Assembly (NCBI GenBank): GCA_002269645.1
Contig: NIVC01003364.1
Coordinates: 1-33,785 of the forward strand
Length of the DNA stretch: 33,785 nt
Source: Macrostomum lignano
Taxonomy: Eukaryota
Direction: 5' to 3'
In this document: positions 9,761-22,095 of the stretch, piece after piece
Layout: each line of letters starts with the position of its first letter
How positions within the stretch are numbered: position 1 is the stretch's first letter
Position numbers and translations under genes: made by a program
The notes under the pieces: model-generated
The model's database searches: none
The model's input: only the letters and a program-made list of their open reading frames with translations
What the model was told of the DNA's origin: nothing

Positions 9761-9949
9761 AGTAATAAATACCTGAGTAGTAGCACATACTCACAACAGA
9801 CTTGCACTGCTTTAGAAGATTAATGCAGTCCCAGAATAATATCATTAAATGAACATTTCAAAAAATCTGCATCAATCTGCATGGGAGGAGACATCATTAT
9901 TGCCACGAGTTAAGAGAAAAACTTTATGCCTCACTGCAGACTGGATATA

Positions 9950-10348
9950 GAAGCTACTCCGTACGTTGCTTGGTCTCTCCACCCCAAGCACAGCAGCCTG
10001 GTACATTGAATAGACTATTTTATTTCAAATATTCCCATTCCTACGGCCATATTTTTTGCCATGGCTGAGACTCAGACACCGGGTCCTTGGTCGGTTTAGG
10101 GGCAGGCATAGAAACCGTCCAGCCAAACCGTCTAGCTAGAGCACATAAAATTGAAATTGAAATAAAAAATGATTGCAATTGAATAGCCGCGTGTAAGCCG
10201 AAAACACAAAAGGGACAAAATGTGTTTATTGAATCCTTGTTTTTTATTCGCACAATATCTTTCACAACGCTCGACGATTTGCTTCTACTTCTTTACACAT
10301 TTATCGTTTAGTTCGTGTGGTTGATAAAAATACTGTACATATTTTATT
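9950..10348. repeat. Dispersed repeat, copy 2 (paralogue of 2218-2719)
   Basis: Direct-orientation match to copy 1, lacking the 100-bp segment between the two ATGGCT motifs. Confidence 0.85.
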
Positions 10349-11015
10349 GTTCCATGATTTATGATTTGTAGATTTCCTGGAAAGAAAGAGTAGATTCTTA
10401 GAATTTAAGGAAAGAGAGGGCAGAATCGGAGGGAGAGCGGTTTCTTAGAACTCAGACAGAGAGAATTCTGGGTGGTAAGAGGCGGATTCGAAAAGAAGAA
10501 GTTGAAAAAGAATCGGATGGTAGATGATAGAAAATAAATAAAGTATATTCTTTCTCAATATGCCAAAAATTAGTGTAGGTGTGTCATGCCGTGTTATGCA
10601 TCTGTGATGAAGAAACAGTCAGAAGCAACTCGAATCATAAAATTCGAGTAAAAATTAACAACCAGTTACCGTTGCGTATAGGCAGCATCTATACGCTGAG
10701 TGTTTACCCTCTATATTTAATTTTCATGTGCACTCATTTTTATGACAAATCCACTGCAGTTCTCATGAATAAGAGATGATTCAGTGATTCAGTGATGGTG
10801 CGATCAGCGGGACATTATGGTACTCAGTGGGAACTCGAAGTAATTATAGCTGCAGCCAATACTCGTACCTGCTCCGATGAATATAGAAATTGGGAGCGTT
10901 GAAGACCCAGTTGATTTACACGAACTGTGGGCGGTGTTATTACGATTATTGATTCCGCTTTTAGTATGAAATCTTCTCACTGAAAAGTGCATCACGCAGC
11001 GTTCTTTTAAATTGC

Positions 11016-12234
<1,219 letters not shown>

Positions 12235-13982
12235 AATGGGTCCAAGAAACGAAAATAGCTCGGATTTCTCGAGTCCACGGGGAGCCGTGACTAGTCGAGT
12301 CCATGCCATCGTGGACCCATCGTCTAGTCGAGTGTTTTTCATGTAGTGGAATGCCTGACTAGTCCGGGCCGATGGGCTGAAACAGAAGCTCTAGGCGGTT
12401 GAGCAGGCCAAATAGAAAATCGATAACCCTCTAGCCACCACCCCAACTATATCTAGGCGTGAATAGAAATCGTTGGCCAGATGTACATACAAGCAGAATT
12501 GCAGAGTGAATCTAGCGGAGTCGACGGGGGTAAAAGTGTACATTAGAATTAGAAAAGCACGCACTTTTTAGAAAATCGATAATCTTGACTCACCAACCCT
12601 ATGCACTGACGGGGAAGACGGCAATAAGAAAGTTACAAACTACTGCATGTAAGCGGCCTAGAAAGACGCAACACACCATTGGATGCACTATCCAATTAAG
12701 GCTAACATTGTTTGAAGTTCATATTATTTGTGTTGCACCAACCGTTGAATAAAGTATTCTCCGGCCTTTACATTCGTTTTCTCGAATTAACTGAGTCTGT
12801 TGAGGCAAATCTAATTAATTTGTATCAAAATTCACTCAGCAACACTGAAAAGTCGCCATCACAAAAGATTCCGTATGTGGTCGCCACTTTTGAGAGTGCA
12901 GGTAAAGCCTCTCAATCTTGGCGAGTGACGCAACTCAGCTACGCCACGGCAGATTTGAGTTGAGGAATGAAGTGGGGGGAGCGGTGTGCGAGGGTTGGAC
13001 AGATTATAGCTACCCTGATCAGTTTTCTCGTATCTTCTATTTCAGAATAAGTCCAAGAGACATTGCTCACTGGCGCATAGAGTGGCGACTTAAAATAATT
13101 TGGCGAGTACAAATTAAATGCTGAATTCACACTCTCCTACTTCAAATATACTAAAAATCTAGTAATACTAAAAATGAAAATCTAGCCAAACCATTTTTTC
13201 GTAAACCAGCTAGAATCAGTAATTGGACATTATACTTTTCTGAAGTTACGAGTAGGCTCTCGTAGTAGAAAAGGTTTTAAAAATGCTAGGCAAAACTTTC
13301 TTAATGGATATCTTTTTTAATTGTTTTGGTGTTTTGAAAAGATTTTCGTAGCGTTTTCCGGCCGTTGGGAAGCCAAACAAGAAAAAAATATATTTTTTAA
13401 TAAACTACATGTAGCTAGAATAATTCAGCCTTAGACATCTCAAACTCTTATAAAAATGACTTTTAAGACAGAAGACTCAATCAGGACTGTTTCGTATAGT
13501 TTTATTGTCAAAGAGTTCTAATAACCGGTATTGATTTTATTGTTCAAACTTAACTAAACACACACAAAATAGATTTAATGCTTTAATCGTCAATTTGAAA
13601 AGTAACAAAAACTAGTTTAGCAAATTAACAAACCTAGCAAAACACCAATAAAAATTGAAACAATAATTATAGTAATTAACGCACAGATTTTAACACTTTA
13701 ACAAACAGATACTAACGGCGAAACATTCGGAATAGAAAAATGATAAAATTAAGAGCAACACTACAGTAGTACTAAATATATAGTTAAAAGAAAAATAAAT
13801 AAATTTCACCTGGATAAATAAAACTGGTTTCTTGACAAAAGTAGTGCGCCTAACTAATTTTGACGTTAAATAAATTTTAATAGTCTACTTTGCAATTATG
13901 TATTTCAATCCGGACTTGAGAAAGCCTTCTCAATCCATCAAAAATCAGAGTTTTGTTTAATTTAGTGCCAACTTTCAAATTT

Positions 13983-16900
13983 TCAATGCTCGTTTAAATC
14001 GCCCAGTAGCTGGCCAACATCCTCTCGGACGCCATCCTTGATGTCCTTGGCGGCGTCGAGACCCCGACGAACCGCGGCCGAGGCCGACTCTCTGAGATCG
14101 TCGCCGCTGTCGTCTTCTCCGCCGGATGAGGAGCCGAAAAATCGAATCAGAAGGCGGTTCACCTGATCCGGGGCGTCCTGCTGCACCCAGTGGCTGGCCT
14201 GGGGCACCAGCTGGAACTCCATCTGACTGCAGTACTTGCCTGCATGTTATGGGAGTGGCGATTGATCGAAGCTATTCAAAAAGATACCAACTTGGGAAGC
14301 GCACTAGTTGGGAACCCGGCGATTTAGAAACCTACTATTTAGAAACCCTACTAAAAAATTTAGGAAATCTACCATTTAGAAACCATGAGACATGACTTAT
14401 ATGTTACTCGTAGGCACCCTACTATTAGGTAGGAACCCTACCATACTATTTAAGAACCACAAAGTTTAGGAACCCTATCATTCAGGAACCATACAATTTA
14501 GGAACCCTACAATTTAGGAACCCTACAATTTAGGAACCCTACAATTTAGGAACCCTACCATTCAGGAACCCTACCATTCAGGAACCCTACCATTCAGGAA
14601 CCCTACCATTCAGGAACCCTACCATTCAGGAACCCTACCATTCAGGAACCCTACCATTCAGGAACCCTACCATTCAGGAACCCTACCATTCAGGAACCCT
14701 ACCATTCAGGAACCCTACCATTCAGGAACCCTACCATTCAGGAACCCTACCATTCAGGAACCCTATCATTCAGGAACCCTACCATTCAGGAACCCTACCA
14801 TTCAGGAACCCTACCATTCAGGAACAATACAAGATTGGAAACTAGAAAAACCGTAACAGAGTTAAAGGACATACGGGCACTGCAATAAGCAACTGTCTTT
14901 ATTCGAAACTCACTAGACAATTTAGCCACTTCCTGCGTGATGTACTTATCGTTGGCGCCAAACACCAGCATGGTTGGCACTGTAAGCTGCTTCCTGCTGC
15001 CGCCTTCGGCGCCCCGGCTAGGATAGCGGAACGCGGCCCGGTAAAAGTTAATGGGTCCAGTTAGAGCCGTAGCCGACGAGAAGGTGTACTTGAAAGCGTC
15101 CAATTCCTGCTGGTTAACAACGCCTTTCAAAGCGATGTCCATCGAGACGAGATCTTGACGAGTAATGAGCCATTCCGGAAAGCAAGGCAGCTGGAAGAAG
15201 AACATGTACCAAGACTTGAGGAACTGGGTCAGATTCGAGCGAATGTAGGTCTGGAATGCCACGGGATGTGGGCAGTTGAGTACGGCCAGTTTGGTGACCA
15301 TGCCCGGGTGAGCCATGGCGAACGACCAGACAACTGCACCGCCCCAGTCGTGACCAGCCAAGTAGCACTTGTCGTAGCCTGGTGTTGGTGAAATAATTTT
15401 TTTTCTTACCTGGTATCTAGTTTACGATTACTCAATCATAACTCTTATAATTACTGCATTGCTGCCCATTCCGCCGACTCCCCTAAGCAGGCACACAAGC
15501 GCGCGGATACGTAAGCAGTCAAACGCACAGGAGTGTACAGCGGCCCCGACTTTATTTTTTGGGAAGGCCTGTACACTTCACTGCGCCTTGGGGGTTGGCC
15601 CTCAAGGATGTCAACTGCACGAGCAGAGCAAATCCGAGATTCCAATTTAGCCCCAAAATTAATGCAACTACACTTGGAATCGAGCCTGGGCCGCTGGTCC
15701 ATATGTGCGCCAGGATAAACCACTAGTCCTCTCCCAAATCATCACAACTATGATTGTAAAACTCAACAGCCTACCAGTAAATCACAGCCTTTGTTCAAAG
15801 TGAAATATTAAGCTACAGGAAACGCAAATCTTACCCAAAGCGTTAATAGCCTGTCGGATATCTTCAACCAGTTTTTCAATTCGATAATTCACAACGCCGC
15901 GCGGCTTGTCGCTGTCGCCGTAGCCGCGCATGTCTATGGCCACAATCCTGTGGGCGAGGCGAGAATTGACAAGATCAAGATCTGGACACTACCATTTCGC
16001 TAACCCCTGAGCAAACACACGCTCACACAGGGTGTGCGCTTCTTAGTACTCTTAGTAAACTACTGTTAGTAGCTCGTAATGTGCTGCATGTGCAGGTTTA
16101 TTTTAATTGATTTAAAATTTCACTAACCTGTAGTTCTCAGCCAGATCGCTGTCAAGCTGATGGCGCCAGCTGAACCAGAACTCTGGGAAGCCGTGCACCA
16201 GCAGTAGGAGGGGTTTCCGGGGATCGCCATTCTCAATGCAGTGCAGCGTGATGTCCTGTTAAGTAAAGTTAAACAGATACATGCAAGTGGAGCAGGTTAA
16301 GACGTTAAAACATTACAACAAAGCAGTTTCATTAGTCATTATGGGGACGCCATTTTCATTTTGAGTGGGTTCCAGCAAATAAGTGTCAAGTAGCGCCAAG
16401 GGCCAAGGCGATACTGTAAGGTGGCGCCAAGGCTATGCTGTAAGGTGGCGCCAAGGCTATACTGTAAGGTGGCGCCAAGGCTATGCTGTAAGGTGGCGCC
16501 AAGGCTATGTTGTAAGGTGGCAACAAGGCTATACTGTAAGGTGGCGCCAAGGCTATGTTGCAAGGTGGCACCAAGGCTATACTGTAAGGTGGCGCCAAGG
16601 CTATGTTGTAAGGTGGCGCCAAGGCTATACTGTAAGGTGGCGCCAAGGCTATGTTGTAAGGTGGCGCCAAGGCTATACTGTAAGGTGGCGCCAAGGCTAT
16701 GTTGTAAGGTGGCGCCAAGGCTATACTGTAAGGTGGCGCCAAGGCTATACTGTAAGGTGGCGCCAAGGCTATGTTGTAAGGTGGCGCCAAGGCTATACTG
16801 TAAGGTGGCGCCAAGGCTATGTTGTAAGGTGGCGCCAAGGCTATACTGTAAGGTGGCGCCAAGGCTATGTTGTAAGGTGGCGCCAAGGCTATACTGTAAG

Positions 16901-19900
16901 GTGGCGCCAAGGCTATACTGTAAGGTGGCGCCAAGGCTATACTGTAAGGTGGCGCCAAGGCTATACTGTAAGGTGGCGGTGGCGCCAAGGCTATGTTGTA
17001 AGGTGGCGCCAAGGCTATACTGTAAGGTAGCGCCAAGGCTATGTTGTAAGGTGGCGCCAATGCTATGTTGTAAGGTGGCGCCAAGGCTATACTGTAAGGT
17101 GGCGCCAAGGCTATGTTGTAAGGTGGCGCCAATGCTATGTTGTAAGGTGGCGCCAAGGCTATACTGTAAGGTGGCGCCAAGGCTATACTGTAAGGTGGCG
17201 CCAAGGCTATACTGTAAGGTGGCGCCAAGGCTATGCTGTAAGGTGGCGCCAAGGCTATACTGTAAGGTGGCGCCAAGGCTATACTATAAGGTGGCGCTAA
17301 ATACTTTCGCTAGCCGATTTTGCGGGTGAAGATTCAAAGTCGCTTTTTTTCAAAAAGCTCGATGTTCACGAGCAGAATGCATGACTGCACTTGGAGGTAG
17401 GGATTCCAAAATCCCGACATTTTACAATCCCGGGATTGAATAGTCCCGAAATCCCGATGCTGTTGAAATCCCGGGATTCAAAATCCCGGAATCCCGGTGC
17501 TTTTGCAATCCCGGGATTAAAAATCCCGGGATTCGATTCCCAAAAAAATCCCGGGATTCAAATCCCGGATTTTTGGCCCCAATCCCGGGATCCCGGGATC
17601 CCGGGATTGAAATCCCTAAATTGCTAGACGGACTGTGCGGCGTGCCGCGTGCAGTAGTCATGGTCTCGCGACTCTCAGAGTCTCAGGGCCTTTTCATATT
17701 ACCAATTCCAGAACCAGAATCGGTTCGGAATTCGAAGAAAAACAGCAGTATAACTATTAAACTCTGTTAATATTTAACTGCCTTAACAGCCTCACTTAGC
17801 ACAATTTTTCACTTTCTTCTTGGCGACTGTCATTCAATAATAAAAACTTTATAGCACGTATCTCCCTCTAGTTATGGAGACAAAAAGTTTATACTTCACA
17901 AATTGGTTCTTGTTCTGGAACCAGAGCAAGCAATATGAAAAGGCCCTCAGTCTCGTCTCGTGGTAGAAAACGAAAAAAAGTTAAAATTATCTATAATTTA
18001 CAGTTCACATTAACAATTTTTAGCTCAATTAGGACAGGAGCTTTGCAAATGTTTAACGTTTCATTGAGAAACAGCAAAAACAAATAAATGTTTTATTATT
18101 CAAATAAACGTTTAGACTTTAAATTATCTAATTTAGGCATTGAAAGGTCGTTCTAATCCCGGACCAATCCCGGGATTAAGGCCTTGAAATCCCGGGATCC
18201 CGATCCCGGTCTTTTGCAATCCCGGGATTAAAAATCCCGGGATTCGATTCCCAAAAAAATCCCGGGATTCAAATCCCGGATTTTTGGCCCCAATCCCGGG
18301 ATCCCGGGATCCCGGGATCCCGGGATTGGAATCCCTACTTGGAGGGGCTTGTGTTGTGCTGCGTGATAGAATTGCATCCACGAGTGTCCACTTTTGACTT
18401 CTATCATATTATCTTAACTAACCAATCGACTGAAACAGTCTAGTCAAAGTCCGACTGTAATAAAACTTCACTTAGTAAACAAACTTTGAACGCGACGCTC
18501 AAGTGACGCCCATGTCTCAGTGTGCAGTGTTTAGTTAATCAAAAATACAAGTCCCAGCTGATAAGGCGGGGTCAGCTTTTAATCAGTCAACAGTGGCACT
18601 TGTTTTGCGAGTGAATCAAGTCAAACCCAGTCAGCCCAGGCACGCAGCAAAGCAGTGCTAAACTACAAAGTTCAAACAATCCAATTCCAGACAGATAACA
18701 GATAAGGCGCCTGGCCGCTAGTCTGGACACGAAGACAAGACAAAACAAGTCACTATAATGTCACACACGCTTGGGTCTCATAGTGGGGTCAAAGCTTCAA
18801 GGTCTAGTTTTGGAATGGACTTATTGAAAATACCAGTACAGTCCAGCCCAATGGAATTGGTTGGCAAAAATTTCCTACAATGTATCAAAGCATTCAAACT
18901 GTTGAAATAAAAAAGATCTCAACTTTGATCTTAGCTATATGCATGATTTATCAAGTCCATTATTAGTCTGAGAAACTTGGACTTTGATAACCTAGTTAAT
19001 TGTCATACCAGAGATATACTTAGATAAGAAATTGTACAAATAGATTTATATATATATTTCTCAAAAAAGTACATTTACATTGGATCATAATATTATTCAA
19101 GAGGCTTTACTTAATTAATTTAAATGCTATAAAAATGGGTTGTCTATATTTATGTACATATTTATGTATGTAGCTGTGTGATCAATTGGAGAAAAAATGG
19201 CTCAACCAATTTTCTTCAAACTTGCACCATTTAATCAGAAATTTTCCTGTGATGGTACATACATTTAAATGCTAAAAAACATCACTTTTTTGGTATCCTA
19301 ATTGCTTTTTGGTGCCTAAGTTAAAAATAAAACCTTCATTCTAGCATTTGACTGCAATGATCTAATCTATAAACAAAAACATTTATTTTGTTAAGCTAAT
19401 ATGCTTATATTAAATTTTGAAAAGTCTTCAATTTGAAATAAGATATTAGCTATATACAGTATATGGCTATACAGACCCTAGATTCTCAAATCTATTATAC
19501 TATAGTGACTTCCCTACACTTTATTTTCAGTTTTATGCTAGAAAAACTAATTTACTTGCAATATATGCACTAGACTCGGACTAGGAAGGTTTTTCCACAA
19601 TAAAGGACCTTTTTGCAGTATAACAATAAAGGACATTTTTGTGTTGCGATGTAAAGGATCCTTTCTTGTATTATGATATTTCAATCTTTTGAATGCCAAT
19701 AGCTACACCATACGATAGCTCTGTGGGATTGTTCCATATGCTAGATGCTAGATTGTATGCCAACCCTTTTATGTCTATTTTGTTTTCTAGAATTTTCTAG
19801 TGTATATATAAGATTTGCCTGATTTTGAAGTAGGGCAAAGGCCATATAGTAGAAACTTAAAAGATAAAAAATGAAACATTTTTATTAAAATTATGAATGG

Positions 19901-20600
19901 CTTAAATGCAACAAACTATTTTAAGAGCCTATAGTTTTGATTTCTTATTGGTAAAATATATTGATAAGATAAATTGATAAAATTTTGTTTAGGCTAGTTC
20001 TAATTTAGGCATTGTTACCCCAAAATCAAACTGGGTTAGGCCTACCAAAATGCCAGGTATCAAAAAGCATAAAAATGTAATAAATACTTTGCTATTAATT
20101 CATAACATTGCTAGAAAATTATAAAACCATTACATAAAATATAAAAAATAGTAATGCAACAATGATAATAAAGAACCTTATAATCAATCAATCCCAAAAA
20201 TGACAAGCTATATTATTTATGAAGTTTGAAGCAGTATTATTAAGCAAAAATAGCGTATGATTAACCTTGAAAATTATTATAAAAGTAGGAGCAGTACGCA
20301 AGAGCAATGGCCTACTGTTAATATTTTATTTCAGAGCAAACTCAAAGTCAAACCAGGTCAGTGTAAGTCAGTTGATTATAGAAAATGTAGAAAGAAAAAT
20401 GTTTTACTTACTTTTAAATGAAGGTAAGAAGACTTTCCGAACCTAGGGTCAGTTAGGATTCTCGGCCGGCTTCGATAGTTAACACCTTTGATCGTTTTTA
20501 ACCCTTGAGTAAAAACGGAAACAACGATCTTAAACGCTACTGGGATTGAGAAAATCAATCCAATGCAGCAGACAATAATATACTCGATGGTTTGCTTCAT
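13983..20600 (-). CDS. Epoxide hydrolase, alpha/beta-hydrolase of the EPHX3/EPHX4 (ABHD9/ABHD7) type, 383 aa, 5 exons
   Basis: Exons (minus strand): 20412-20600, 16128-16255, 15835-15947, 14914-15378, 13983-14239. All introns are GT-AG and phases join to 1152 nt without frameshift. Motifs: N-terminal hydrophobic anchor, HGFPEFWFSWRHQ oxyanion motif, IDMRGYGDSDKP, nucleophile GHDWGG, lid tyrosines (SWYMFFFQLP, PINFYRA), acid GAND, catalytic His in ASHWVQQDAP. Confidence 0.95.
14290..14826. repeat. 16-bp minisatellite in EPHX intron 4, unit TT(C/T)AGGAACCCTA(C/C)(C/A)A
   Basis: Degenerate units run from ~14290, then 3-4 TTTAGGAACCCTACAA units (14497-14560), then about 17 TTCAGGAACCCTACCA units (14561-14826). 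Confidence 0.95.
15445..15735 (-). mobile_element. Possible tRNA-derived SINE in EPHX intron 3
   Basis: On the minus strand an A-box-like GGACTAGTGG (15729-15720) precedes a B-box-like GGCTCGATTCC (15686-15676) at tRNA-like spacing. A GC-richer body follows within an AT-rich intron. Only one copy is in the window. Confidence 0.35.
16388..17298. repeat. 24-bp minisatellite in EPHX intron 1, unit GGTGGCGCCAAGGCTAT(ACT/GTT/GCT)GTAA
   Basis: About 37-38 head-to-tail units with no spacers. It accounts for the APPYSIAL, VRWRQGY and CKVAPRLY repeat ORFs. Confidence 0.97.
17398..18337. mobile_element. Non-autonomous hAT-type DNA transposon (940 bp) with 8-bp TSD and CCCGGGAT-rich subterminal repeats
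   Basis: Perfect 12-bp TIR TAGGGATTCCAA (17398-17409) / TTGGAATCCCTA (18326-18337). It is flanked by the identical 8-mer CTTGGAGG at 17390-17397 and 18338-18345. An 8-bp TSD with a TAGGG-starting TIR is typical of hAT elements. No transposase ORF is present. Confidence 0.88.
19140..19300 (+). mobile_element. Possible DINE-1/HINE-like element fragment in EPHX intron 1
   Basis: A tatgtatgta microsatellite followed by ggctcaaccaattttcttcaaacttg resembles the conserved core of such elements. Pattern recall only. Confidence 0.3.
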
Positions 20601-20921
20601 TACAAAGCTTTAAAAGTAATGTTTTGAAACTTAGACAAGATTTTTAATGCTGTATTGTCACTACAGAGTCAAAGACAATATTCTTATATTCATGCAAAAC
20701 TAACTGGATGCAAACTTCCTATTTTAAAATTTACCTTACGACTCGAAGTTAAATCAGCGCTATGTATAATATTGTTGTAAAGCAGTCTAACAAAGTAATA
20801 TTATCTAACATGACTAAGGCAACGTTAAAATGCTGTTTTTAATATCATTAATTAAAGTCTTAGCTTTAAAACATTCTTTATGTATTGCCAGAGTGTTCTC
20901 ATTAGTAACATGTTTTACAAA

Positions 20922-21583
20922 GGGTGTGTTCGAGTGACTTAAAATGACTTAAACTGCCATTTTAACGTCCTTAGTAAAACAAATGTTAAGCAGACTAAAT
21001 GTAAAAATAATCTAGGTAAATGATAGTCAAATTACAATTAAGAATTAATTCAATTTCTAAAACCGGTCTAAGATTAAAAAAACGTCGCCTATACTTCTTC
21101 CAACTCAACCTGAACGCCTAGGCACCGTTTTAACTTCGCTCGCAATTACCACATTTAATCGTAATTGAATATTTTGTATTCTTCACCTTTGTTCTATCAT
21201 TTGCTTTCACGTCTTTTTGCTCAGTTCAATAAATAAACAATATTTAAGCAATTATTCAAAGACTATAATGACGGGCAGCGAACTGAGCAAAAAGACGTGA
21301 AAGCAAATGATAGAACAAAGGTGAAGAATACAAAATATTCAATTACGATAAATGTGGTAATTGCGAGCGAAGTTAAAACGGTGCCTAGGCGTTCAGGTTG
21401 AGTTGGAAGAAGTATAGGCGACGTTTTTTAATCTTAGACCGGTTTTAGAAATTGAATTAATTCTTAATTGTAATTTGACTATCATTTACCTAGATTATTT
21501 TTACATTTAGTCTGCTTAACATTTGTTTTACTAAGGACGTTAAAATGGCAGTTTAAGTCATTTTAAGTCACTCGAACGCACCC
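20922..21583. mobile_element. Foldback/MITE element: 306/304-bp inverted arms with a 52-bp loop, possibly PIF/Harbinger-type
   Basis: Arm 20922-21227 is the near-perfect reverse complement of arm 21280-21583 (one terminal mismatch and two 1-bp indels seen). Ends are GGGTGTGTTCG and CGAACGCACCC, flanked by AAA on both sides (possible 3-bp TSD). Confidence 0.9.
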
Positions 21584-21919
21584 AAAGTTAAGGACGATTT
21601 TTAATTCCTCTTCCTCTAGACCCAACTCATGAGAAACAAGGCAAAAGGCAAATATACGCTTTTGCTACTGGACAGAGGGTAGCAAGTCAATCGATAGTGT
21701 TTAAGTGAACCATTGAGGGTATATTTAATATCCTTGTGGGCTTCTAAGCTGCATGTATGTAAGTCTACATACATGTATACATGTACATAAGGGGTCGGAA
21801 AACTCTAGCCCAGGCCGCGAAGCCTCTCTATTCGATGTCTACGGTCCTTTGAAACTTCCCAATAGCGATCCGGTCTTCGCAAGGGTTTTTTATATTCTAA
21901 GCTCTTTTTTTTATCTCGT

Positions 21920-22095
21920 CTCTCTTCTCTTTTCTCTCATCATCTCTCCCTTCTCTCCTCTCCTCTCCTCTCCTCTCCTCTCCTCTCCTCTCCTCTCCTC
22001 TCCTCTCCTCTCCTCTTCTCTCCTCTCCTCTCCTCTCCTCCTCTCCTCTCCTCTTCTCTCCTCTCCTCTCTCTCCTCTCTACTCCTCTCCTTTCC
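21920..22095. repeat. Polypyrimidine microsatellite (CTCTC)n
   Basis: Read directly; it gives the spurious SSPLL ORF at 21753-22178. Confidence 0.95.

Noticed and set aside
16388-17298. CRISPR array, or repeat-protein ORFs (APPYSIAL, VRWRQGY, CKVAPRLY)
   Set aside because: Units are head-to-tail with no unique spacers, there are no cas genes, and the array sits in a spliceosomal intron. ORFs in four frames are a by-product of a stop-poor 24-bp unit.
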